Source: Hypanus sabinus
Lineage: Eukaryota
Direction: 5' to 3'
Length of the DNA stretch: 64,000 nt
Assembly: GCF_030144855.1 (NCBI RefSeq)
Contig: NC_082738.1
Location: 31,124,001-31,188,000 of the forward strand
Shown: positions 51,433 to 62,859 of the stretch, piece after piece
Layout: every line of letters begins with the position of its first letter
Numbering within the stretch: position 1 is the stretch's first letter
Notes under the pieces: generated by a model
Told to the model about the DNA's origin: nothing
The model's database searches: none
What the model saw: only the letters and a program-made list of their open reading frames with translations
Position numbers and translations under genes: made by a program

Positions 51433-52639
51433 CGGGGGAGGGGTTGGTTTGGCTGTCTGGCGTCTATGTTTCCTTTTGTGTGTCTGTGCGTGTCAGAATG
51501 TTGTTGCAATCGAGCTAACGGTGTCTATACACACACCCAATCTCTTCTCCATCCCTATCTCACTCCACCTCTTTCTCCCTCACCATCTCTCTCTTTCTCT
51601 CTATCTCTCATTATTTCTTCGCGACTTCCTCTCTCACATTCCCCATCTCTCTCCCTCCTAATTTCTTCCTCCCTTCATCTCTCCACATCACTCTTTCTTC
51701 TTTCACTGCTCCCTCTTTCTCTCACCATCTCTCGTCAACTCTCCCTCGCCAGTTTTCAGAATCAGAATCAGAATCAGGTTTAATATCACGAACATATGTC
51801 GTGAAATTTGTTATTTGTGGCAGCAGTACAGTTGTTTCGAGGCGCCCGTGTCTTCTCTCCTTCCTCACCCCTATCCTCTCTTCTCTCTCCCTATTTTCAA
51901 TCTGTTCCTCTCCACCTTTTGCTCCTGCTCATTCTCTGTCTTCCCCATCTCTTCCTCCCCCTCTCATCTTCTTCTCCGCCTGTTTACATATTTTCCTTTT
52001 CCCATTCCCTCTCTTCCTCCCTCACCGTGCCCTACTCCCAACCACCCGACGTTTTATCTCTGTTCCGGCGGTTCTGTTAGTTTCCTCCTCTCCGTCTTTG
52101 GATCCCCCCCCCCACCATGCTCCGTCTCCTTTTCGCCCGTCTCTCTAACCGCTCCATATCCGTCTGTTTCTTCCCTGAGTGTCTCACTCCCGCTCCGTGT
52201 CCGTTTCTTCTTCCCCTGTGTTTGACTCACACCCGTCATCGTGTCTGTCTCCTCCTCGCCGTGTCTGTCTCTCCTCCCCCCTNNNNNNNNNNNNNNNNNN
52301 NNNNNNNNNNNNNNNNNNNNNNNNNNNNNNNNNNNNNNNNNNNNNNNNNNNNNNNNNNNNNNNNNNNNNNNNNNNNNNNNNNNNNNNNNNNNNNNNNNNN
52401 NNNNNNNNNNGTCTGTCTGTGTGTAGGGCGGAGTGACTGGAGAAATTGAAATTTAAAACTAATTTCAAAAATATCTATTAAAGATCGATGGCTTTACATT
52501 TTTCATCTTATATTTCCGTTAACTTTGGCATCTTATTTGAGACGAGCACACGTCACCAGCCACACTCACAACCATGACGAGATTCTATCCAGCACACTCG
52601 TAAGAGCCACGCAGAGCTATAATGGATAGAACTCTCAGA

Positions 52640-53240
52640 CACGACAGGCATACACTCATGAACACATACTCACCAACCCATTCATCCACACACATCCAGA
52701 CCAGAAAATCACTCACCAACACATTCATCCACACACATCCAGACCAGAAAAACACTCACCAACACATTTGTCCACACACTCAAACACTTACATTTGTATA
52801 CACACACACCCAAAACACAGACACTCTCACCAACATATTCATGCACACATACAGGCAAAACACAAATACACACTCACCAACACATTTGTCCACATACGTA
52901 AACACTCACCAACCCATTCATCCACATGCACCTGCAAAACACAAAGGCACGCTCACCAACACATTCATCCACACACACAAACACACTCACTGATATATTC
53001 GTCTACATACACATGCAAAACACAAAGACACACTCATCAACACATAGACAGACTCATACAACACATTCATCCACACACATGAACACACTCACCAATACTT
53101 CATCCATATAGACATGCGAACAAATTCACCCTCAGGAATGCATGCATGTATTGGCACTTACAAACACGCTCACCTACACACATTGATCCACATACACAAA
53201 GGCACTCACGAACACATTCAAACACACATGCAAAACAGAA
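52640..53240. repeat. Degenerate about 35-40 bp minisatellite (acactcaccaacacattcatccacacac)
   Basis: About a dozen recurrences of cactcaccaacacatt-like units. Confidence 0.8.
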
Positions 53241-53719
53241 ATACATACTCCCAACAGACATTCTCCCCCCCCCACCCCACACACACACACACACACACCG
53301 CCAGAGGTCGGGACGGAAACCGGGTCTGTTAGATTCAGATGAGCCTAGATTTGGGGCGAGTTAAGGATCTGTGCCTCAGCTGAGGAATGAGGCACAGATC
53401 TGTATGAGACTGAATGCTGCACTCCGTCCCGGTGAGCAGGCTTCCCCACTGAAAGTGAAGCACTCAAACTGCGGTAACAGGAACTCGATGGAAGTCCACT
53501 GGCTGAAGTCAAGGAAAAGTTCCCAGGATTCATATATTGCCCCATTTTAAAGAACGATTTATACCATATTTCTCCACCGCACCGCAAACGTGGCACTTAA
53601 TGTACACACACACACGTGTAAAATCACACTCACATGTGCGCGCACGGTCACTTACTCGCGGGTATACAAAAGCACACACACACAAACACATTTATACAGA
53701 CCTACAACACACAGTGCTT

Positions 53720-54392
53720 AAGAAGAAAGGGATCTGTGATTAATCGAAAGTGGCCTCACAGGTAGATATGTTGTAAAAAAAGCTTATGGCGCATTGGGCT
53801 TTATAAATCAAAGTATTGAGTACAGGAGATGGGATGTTATGTTGAAGTTGTATAAGATGTTGGTGAGGCCTAATTTGGAGTATAGTGTGCAGTTCTGTCA
53901 CCCACCTGCAGGAAAGATGCAAATAAGGTTGAAAGAGTACAGAGAAAATTTACAAGGATGTTGCTGGGTCTGGAGGACCTGAGTTATAAAGAAAAATTGA
54001 ATAGGTTAGGGTTTCATTTCTTGGAAAGTAGAATATTGAGGGGAGATTTGACAGAAGTATACAGAATTATGAGGAGTATAGATAGGGTAAACGCAAGTAG
54101 GCTTTTCCCACTGAGGCTGGATGACTACAACTAGAGGTCATGGGTTAAGGGTGAAAGGTGAAAAGTTTAAGGGGAACATGAGGGGAAACGTCTTCACTCA
54201 GAGGGTCGTGACAGCAAAGGTGCATTTGAACTCGATTTCAATGTTTAAGAGAAGTTTGGATAGGTACACGGATAGTAGGAATATGGATGGCTATGGTTCT
54301 GGTGCAGGTCGATGGGAGTAAGCAGTTTAAATGGTTTGGCACAGACTGGATGGGCCGAAGGGCCTGTTTCTGTGCTGCAGTCTTCTATGACT
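53720..54392 (+). mobile_element. CR1 LINE 3' fragment
   Basis: GFINQSIEYRRWDVMLKLYKMLVRPNLEYSVQF; TRGHGLRVKGEKFKGNMRGNVFTQRVV; 3' UTR gggccgaagggcctgtttctgtgctg. Confidence 0.92.
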
Positions 54393-54744
54393 ATATACAC
54401 ACATCCATGCTTATGTATTCTTGCTCTATCACAAACTGATGCGCACATGTATACAGACACCCTCCCCATATTCTCTCTCACACACAAAAATCACGCACAC
54501 TAAGACACCTACAGACACAATAGCATACACTTTTACACACCAATGCACACATGTATACACACACCCATATTCATCCATTCCTTTTCTCTCTCACATACAA
54601 GCCTGCACATTAACAAACACACAGATGTACGCACTCAGGCACACGTATATATACGCCCAGATTCATACATTCTCTCTCATACAAAATCACGCGCACGAAC
54701 ACTCACATTTATGCATACCCACGTATCCGCGTCCATAAATGTCT

Positions 54745-54804
<60 letters not shown>

Positions 54805-55001
54805 TAAATATATAACACACTCTTAGTAATCCACACAGCGACATAGACGTATTCTGATGACCCACATTGTATTGCTTTTAAAAATCGATGGCCATTTTTA
54901 GATTATCACACATATATATTATGAATATCTCGGGATAAATCTGTGAAGTAAATTCCCAAATTGCTCGTTACTGAACTCAGCTAACAAATCCGAATACCGA
55001 C

Positions 55002-55157
55002 GATTTTGTTTTGTTAATATCCCTCATAATGTCAGACCGGCAAATTCTTCTTCCGCTGTGGCTGCGGCTGACGGGATGAAGCATTAAAAACCCGCATCTT
55101 TAATCTAAATTTATCTGTAAGGAATTCGTCCATTAACGTTGCGTAAGCGAATTTTAG
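55002..55157 (-). pseudogene. Decayed Hox12-type homeobox (HoxC12 pseudogene, exon 2 remnant)
   Basis: One frame of 52 codons: LKFAYATLMDEFLTDKF-RLKMRVFNASSRQPQP-QRKKNLPV*HYEGY*QNKI versus HOXC12 [39 protein letters not shown]. Both flanking blocks align without gaps. Many differences, including both stops, can be single-nucleotide changes (CGA>TGA, CAA>TAA, GAC>GTC, AAT>TAT). Correct strand, about 17 kb 5' of HoxC11. Confidence 0.6.
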
Positions 55158-56529
55158 CAACGCATCACCTTGCATTAAACAATCATGACATTTTATTGCA
55201 TTAAACGAACCCTCAGCGGCATTGAAAAGTGAACCGTTCTGACGCCTTTGCCCTCGACTACGGAGAATATGTTTGCTGAATTAGTTTATCGTGCTATATA
55301 TATATTGCAAGAACTCTGCTTAAACTGTCAATTTTAATTAATTTGCAGGCAATTTGTTTTAAATTAAGCTTAATTAACCTGTATTCTTTCACTTGCCTTT
55401 GGTGTCAGTATCTCCCTCTCTATCCGTTTCTCCCTCCCTTCGTTCTTTCTCTCCATCTACTCTCTTTGCCTCCCCAACCAATCATTCTGTGTCCTTCCTT
55501 ATCTCTGACTTGCTCCCAATCTCTCTACCCCTTGCCCCTCTCTTCATACGCTCCCCTCCTCACCATGTCTTCCATTTTTCTCTATCTCTGCTTCTCTCTC
55601 CCTCCCTGCCCTCCTCTTTTCCCCACCCTCTCCCATTTTCTCTCCCTCTCCACCTCTTCCTTCTTCTCTCCACACCCCCACTCTCCCCATCCCCCGTTCT
55701 CCACTCTTCTCCTGCCCTATCTCCTTCTTTCTCTCCCTTCTACTTCCCTCTGTCTCCCTCTTCTCTCCTTCTCCATCTCTACCCATCCTCACTCTACAAA
55801 TCCTCTCCACAACCGCTCTCCGACGTCTCCCCTTCACTCCCTTCCACCTTCTGCCTCCACTCTTCCATTCCTCCCCTCCTCTCTCTCTCCCCACCTCCCC
55901 CTCTCTCTCCACACCCTCTCCCCGCTCTACCTCTATCGGACTCCGCCCTTTCCCAATTTTCCTTCTCTCCCCATCCGCACTATCCCACCTACCCTCCCAC
56001 TGCTCACCTTCTACTCCCTTTCTCCCATGAACTCTTCCCTTCTCCTGCCCCTGCCCTCTTTCTCACTGCTTTCCCTCTGCCCTCCTTCCCACCCCCTCTC
56101 CCACCCAATCCCCGCCTCTGGCACACACAACAGTAAAATCCCAGCGCAAAGCCAATGGGAAGGAAGAGAGGTACAGAGGAGAGACTTCCATCCCTTGTTC
56201 GCCCTTATTTGCGCCCTGTCAGTCCCACTCCCTCCTTTCTCTCCCACTTCCCCCACCCCGGTTTTATTTCTGCTTCTCTTCTCTCTCCTCGTTACCTCTC
56301 TCCATATCATACCACATCTCGCATCCCCACAGCCTTCCCCTACCGACAAGCTAAAAGCCCTTTCCTTTGGGGGCAGGGCCGTAAACGATCAACCTTGCCG
56401 GAGGCATCCAAATTCATCCTTGGAATTAAGCATACTCAAAGATACATTTGACGTGAAATAAAAGAAAATAACATTGTCATTAGCATTCGTAAATACGGAG
56501 CATAACTCGTCCACCCTAGTCTATACTCG

Positions 56530-57062
56530 CTCTACTTTCCTTGCTGCGTCAGTAAAGCAGCTAGCATACTCAAGACCCTACCCACCCCGGACATTCTCTT
56601 TTCTCCTACCTCCCATCGGTCAGAAGATACATAAGCCTGAAAACACGTACCACCAGGTTTGTACACCTCCTACCCCAGTGTTATCGGACTATAAAAGGTT
56701 CCCTTTTGTGGTAAGATGGGCTCCTGACCTTGATGTGGTCTTGCGTTTTAATGTCTACCTGCACTGTACTTTCTCTGTTATGCTTTATACTACATTCTGT
56801 TATTGTTTGACCTTGTCCTACCTCAATACACTGTGTAATGATCTGATCTGAATGAACAGTATGAAGGACAAGTTTTTCCACTGTATTTTGGTGCATGTGA
56901 CAGGAATAAACCGCTCCCCCACCTTCTTATTCTGACTTCTCATCTTTTTTTTCTCCAGATTTGATGAAGGATCTCGGCCCGAATAGCCGGCAGTTTACTC
57001 TTTTCCATCGATGCTGCCTGGCCTGCTGAGTTCCTCCAACATTTTGTGTGTGATACTCCAAT
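56530..57062 (+). mobile_element. Rex/Babar 3' tail followed by a degenerate Penelope-like terminus
   Basis: cccggacattctcttttctcctacctcccatcggtcagaagatacataagcctgaaaacacgtaccaccagg; then ttgatgaaggatctcggcccgaa...gatgctgcctggcctgctgagttcctccaacattttgtgtg. Confidence 0.7.
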
Positions 57063-57339
57063 TTCAGTGGTTAATTAAGGATATTCAAGAAATTAGTGTA
57101 GGTCCAACTGATTGCAATGGGACGAAGAAGAACAGTGGCGGGTTGTTTCCCCAGAAACCCTGTCTCTATGCGTTTCTCTCTGTGGTTTTGGATCAGGAGC
57201 TATAGGGCACGGGTTAAGGTGAGGGAGGATATATTTAAGAGGAACTTGTGGGCAACCTCTTTACACAAAAGAACGAGCTGCCGGAGGAGGTGGTCGTGGC
57301 AGGTACAATAGCAGCATTTAAAAGTAAGACCAGCAAGTC

Positions 57340-58410
57340 TTACTTCATGTGGTGGGCAAGTTGTTAGAGAAGATCCCGAGAGACAGGATTTATGAGCAAT
57401 TTGGAGAGACAGAATCCGATTAGGGATAATCAACACGACTTATGAACCTGATTGAATTCTTTGAGGATATAACAAAACACATCGATGAAGGTAGAGCAGT
57501 GGATGTAGTGTATATGGATTTCAGTAAGGCATTTGATAAGGTTCTCCATGTGAGGTTCATTGAGAAAGTAAGGAGGCATGGGATCGAAGGAGGCCTTGCT
57601 TTGTGGATTCAAAATTGGCTTCCTCACAGAAGGCAAAGGATGGTTGTAGATGGTTCATATTTTACATGGAGGCTGGTGGCCAGTGGTGTGTCGCAGGGAT
57701 CTGTTCTGGGACCCCTCCTCTTTGTGATTTTTATAAATGACCCGGATGAAGAAGTATAAAGGTGGGTTAATAAGTTTGCTGATGACACAAAAGTTGGAGG
57801 AGTTGTGGATAGTCTGGAGGGTTGTCAGAGGTTACAGTGGGACATCGATAGGATGCAGAACTGGCCTGAGAAATGGCAGATGGAGTTCAACCCAGGTAAG
57901 TGTGAAGTGGTTCATCTCGGTAGGTCTAGTTTGAAAATAGAATGTAATATAAAGGTAAGATTTTTGGCAAAGTGGAGGATCAGTGAGATCTTGGGATCCG
58001 TGTCCATAGGACACTCAAAGCTGCTGCACAGGTTGGCAGAGTTGTTAAGAAGGTGTATGGTGTATTGGCATTCTTTAACCGTGGGATTGAGTTCAAGAGC
58101 CGTGAGGTAATGCTACAGCTATATAGGACCCTGGTCAGACCCCACTTGGAGTATTGTGTTCAGTTCTGGTCACCTCACGGCAGGAAGGATCTGGATGCTA
58201 TAGAGAGAGTGCAGAGGAGATTTACAAGGATTTTGCCTGGGTTGGAGGGCGTACCTTATGAGAATAGGTTGAGTGAACTTTGCCTTTTTTCCTTGGAGTG
58301 ACGGAGGATGAGAGGTGACCTGACAGAGGAGTATAAGATGATGGGAGGCATTGATCGTGTGGATAGTCAGAGGCTTTTTCCCAGGGCTGAAATGACTAAC
58401 ACGAGGAGAA
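57340..58410 (+). mobile_element. CR1 LINE reverse-transcriptase fragment
   Basis: [33 protein letters not shown]...[20 protein letters not shown]; KWQMEFNPGKCEVVH; LVRPHLEYCVQFWSPH. Confidence 0.95.
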
Positions 58411-58989
58411 CTGAGCAAAATATACTTTAAGATACAAATATTAGGCGCACTATCGTGAAAGCGAATGATATACGCTTTGATTTAAAATACCGATAGACAT
58501 ATTCAAATAAATATCTAGTTATGTTATTCGTATGCAACATTGTAAATGAGAGAGATAGAGAAAAAGACGGGCAATATTTTGTATGTTTTTAAAAAGTGAT
58601 TTGTTCTATTAATTAGAAATCAGCGACACATCACTAAATCACCCCCCACCAAACCAAAAACACGCCATTTACGCTAATACTAGCAAAACGAGATTAACCA
58701 TTCGCCAATGCACATGACAGATGACCATTAGCAAACGAGTTAAGTTTTGCCGGTTGACACCAGTCCCATAAACTAAAAGATCCAGCAAACTAATAAATAT
58801 ATATAAAACTTGCAGTTTTACGCTTTGGCCTTTTACTTAAAATTGTTCTCATGCAGAAACAAAATACGCTTACACGTTGCTGCACACAACTTCAGAGTGT
58901 GTATTTACACACATATCCGCATTTTCATTGCAGATATAAATCTTCAGCATCCCGTTATTACTTTTCCTGTGTACCACCTCGCAAACGAA

Positions 58990-61400
58990 TTTCACATCAG
59001 TAATCACAGCTCCACGATTACATATTTTAAATTAACTTATTAGAAAACGAGTTTAGATTCACAGGACAGGGAGAATGATTGTTTTTTTGAAAAAAAAACT
59101 ACTTGCAGTATTTTAAAATGCACTTTTCATCCTCATCCGTAAATGTAGACTTTAAATTAACTTAATATTAAATAGGTTCATAGGTCCACAAAAGAGACAC
59201 ACAAGCTCACAAATATTTCCTTTTGAAAACAAAAGCACTCAAATTAAAAAAAAAAATTCACCTCACAGCACCACTCCAAATGCATGTTTTTCTTACTTTA
59301 TTCGTTAACGAGATACATTTCACAGGAAAGGCACATAAATTTGTATATACAGCGTTTTCCTTTCTCAGAACATTAAAAATTCAGTTTCACCTCATTATAT
59401 AGGTATAAAATATAAGGATACGGATACTTATATATTTCGGAGAAAATTAAACTAGTCACAGAATTTTAAAGCTCACTTATCACCCCCACCCCGTAGATAC
59501 ACATTTAAAATGAAGTTGCTTGTAAACTGATTGAGAACCAGAGAGACACAGGGAAACAAGGATACTTAAGTGTTTTCTTTCGAGAAGTGTTAATATACTC
59601 AGATTTAAAGAAAAGTTAATTTTACCCCACTAACGTAGGAGTACAGATATTTAGATAATAAAATAATTTACTGAAACTTTTAAAAAAGATTTCACCCCGT
59701 TAATTAGCCCCTTATTGTGACACATTCAGTTTTTAACTAGAAAAGTCAATTTCACCACACTAATCTCGCCACCATCACCCTGAATACAATTCTAAATTAG
59801 CATATTAGTACACCAGTTGTGATTCACAGGTCAGAGACAATATAAGAATACAGACATTTTTTCCTTGGGAAACAACTTACAGAATTTCAAAACTAAATCT
59901 CTTTCACCCCACTAACCACAATCATCCATTACGACTTTTTAAATTAACTTATTCTAAATGAGTTACAATTTACCAGAGACATACAAACACAGACGATTTC
60001 ATATATATATTTTTTTTGAAAATATGAACAAACCCAAAATTTAAAAATAAAGTCAATTTCACCCGACTAGCCATCTCTAACCGCTCTCTGAATACATATT
60101 CTAAATTAATTTGTTCGTACACGAATTAAGATTCACAGGACGGGGTCGATACAAGGGTACCAATATTTTGCTCCTTTATGAACAACACAGCTTACTGAGA
60201 TTTTTAAAGTCAATTTCATCCCACTAATTACCTCATATTCCGATTGCACACTTTAAAATAAGTTATTAGTACACAATGTGTGATTAACAGAATACAGATA
60301 ACATAACGGCTCCGGCATTCGTGCTTTTTTTGAGGAAAAAAGACATTTCACAAGCTTATAAAAAAAAACTAATCAATTTCACCTCATTATAAGCAGCCCC
60401 CACTCCAAATGTACGTTTTACATATTAATCAACAAGTTATAACTCACAGGACTGAGACACAGAAATACAGATATTTATAAACCTTTTTTACTTTGAAAAG
60501 AAGCGATTATTCCCAGAATTTAAAAATAAAGTCAATTTTAGCCGACTAATCATCCCCATCCTCACCGTGACACATTAATTTGTTAGTACACAAATTAAGA
60601 TTCACATCAGAGGGACAAAATAGGGGTACATATATTTATATACAGTATTTTCCTCTTTTGGGAAAATTAAAAGTCAGTTGTGTCACATTAATCAACTCGA
60701 ATCTGAATACATACAGATAAACAGGTTAATATTCACAGGACAGATATAATGTAGGAATACAGATACTTAAATGCTTTTTTCTCTTTTTGAAAAAAAAAAT
60801 CCCAGGAGTATAAAAGAGTCAGCTTGTCTAGATTAATCACCCCGACTCTAAACACAATATTTTAATGTAACTTATTAGTAAACGAGTTAAGTTAAGAGGG
60901 TACAGATATTTCATATGTTTTCATTTGGAGATATTAAACTATTCACATATCTAAACGCACCTTTAAAACTAATTTATTAGTAAACAAGTTTCAATTTACA
61001 GGACAGAGACACAACACATCGGAACACAGATATATTTTTTCTTTTAAAAAGCATTCCCGGAATTTTTTTAAAAAATCTGTTTCACCACAGTTATCTCCTT
61101 TTACATAAACAAATTATCATTCGCCGGACAGGAGTACACAAAAGTACAGTTATTTATGTAGATTTTCTTTTGGAAAGTTTAAACTACCCACATTTTTTTT
61201 AAAAAAGAGCCAGCTTCACTACATTAATCACCCCGACTCTAGATACATATTTAAAATTATTAGTAAACCAGCTAAGATTCAGAGAACGGGAACGCTATGG
61301 GGCCATTGATTTATACATTGTTTTCTTTCGGAAAAATTAAATTACTCACAGAATTTTTAAAATAAATGCATTTGGCTTCATATTCCTACTCCAGAGCCAT
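58990..61400. repeat. AT-rich degenerate satellite, unit about 120-155 bp, roughly 15-18 copies
   Basis: Recurring ordered blocks aaattaacttattagta / gattcacaggacag / atacagatattt / T-run-gaaaa / aaagtcaatttcaccccactaa, with anchors near 59057, 59820, 60130, 60284, 60440, 60599 and 60730. Confidence 0.8.
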
Positions 61401-62859
61401 GTTTTTAACATAGCAAAATTACAACGCACTTTTGAAGGGCTTACTTAGAGCGCACAGCCGTGAAGCGAAATTAGACATAAACGAAGTTGAGTTGTGTCTC
61501 TTCTAAGGTCTCCCCTTCTCACGCTATCTGACACACTCTGGGTGTAATCGGATGAAGTCCGTTGGTTTACCTTCCGTCAGGAACACCGAATTGTCCGCGA
61601 ACAAACGTTAATTTTTCCAAAGGAAGCAAAGTCTTGACCATGGTTAGACCGCCTACTGCAGATACCAGGCGGTCGGGAAAGCAACTACGTAACAGATCAC
61701 GTGTAGGCAGCGGTTTGGAGGCGGGGTAGTCTCAGCACCCCTGAAAAGATTGCAGGTGATTAAAAAATAGCATTGATTACCACATGGTTCACATTTTCAT
61801 AGAACAGTACAGCCTAGTACAGGCCCTTCGGCCCACGATGTTGCGCTGACTTTTTAACCGACACCACGATCAATCTAACCCTTTCTCCTATACAGTATTA
61901 CTCACCATTTTTTCTATCATCCATGTGCCAATCTAAGAGCCTCTTCAATGCTACGTATGGCTGTTGAATTGTTTACGTGATTCCTACACCTGTAAAACTG
62001 TCTTATGGTATAACACAACGCACGCACACAAACGTATATAAACATCCGCCCCCCCCACACACACTCAGACCCGTGTACCCACCAATTTACACCAACACCT
62101 TCTCAAACAAATGCCCANNNNNNNNNNNNNNNNNNNNNNNNNNNNNNNNNNNNNNNNNNNNNNNNNNNNNNNNNNNNNNNNNNNNNNNNNNNNNNNNNNN
62201 NNNNNNNNNNNNNNNNNNNNNNNNNNNNNNNNNNNNNNNNNNNNNNNNNNNNNNNNNNNNNNNNNNNNNNNNNNNNNNNNNNNNNNNNNNNNNNNNNNNN
62301 NNNNNNNNNNNNNNNNNNNNNNNNNNNNNNNNNNNNNNNNNNNNNNNNNNNNNNNNNNNNNNNNNNNNNNGCTGTTTATTCCTCCCCACAGATGCTGCCT
62401 GACCTGCTGAGTTGCTCCAGCGTTTCTGGATTTCCAGCATCTGCGGAATCTCAAACTTACATAAACACCCTCCAGATAAACACACACACTGAAATTCGTG
62501 AACGTACACATTCATATTTACACACACATCTTTCCACACAAAATTCCCTCGTTGCACAAACATTTAACAACACAACCAGATCTCACCGATGAAAACTACT
62601 TGCACACACGTGCACTCATACAAAAAAAACAGCTTTCACACAAATACATTCCACACACAAACAAAACAGTGTACACAGAATTCACAACTACACACATCTC
62701 CCATCACTGTTCCTTCTCAGCTGCGCGGCCGTGCTGTAACTACGATCCTCCCGTTCACGTAACCTTTGTACCGCGCAGCTGGAATTTTCTTTGATGTCTA
62801 GATTAATGTGATTGTGAAATATACTGTAATCAATTCTGTGTTAAATGAATATAATCCAT

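Noticed and set aside
53345-53596. ORF containing MGQYMNPGNFSLTSASG, superficially like the HoxC12 start MGEHNLLNPG
   Set aside because: FKMGQYMNPGNF-SLTSASG matches the CR1 RT motif FKKG..NPGNYRPVSLTSVVG better. It also lies 3' of the HoxC12 homeobox fossil, the wrong side for exon 1.
56340-56470. cacgtcaaATG on the minus strand as a possible dead HoxC12 start
   Set aside because: The position is plausible, but an immediate stop follows and similarity to MGEHNLLNPG is too weak to support.
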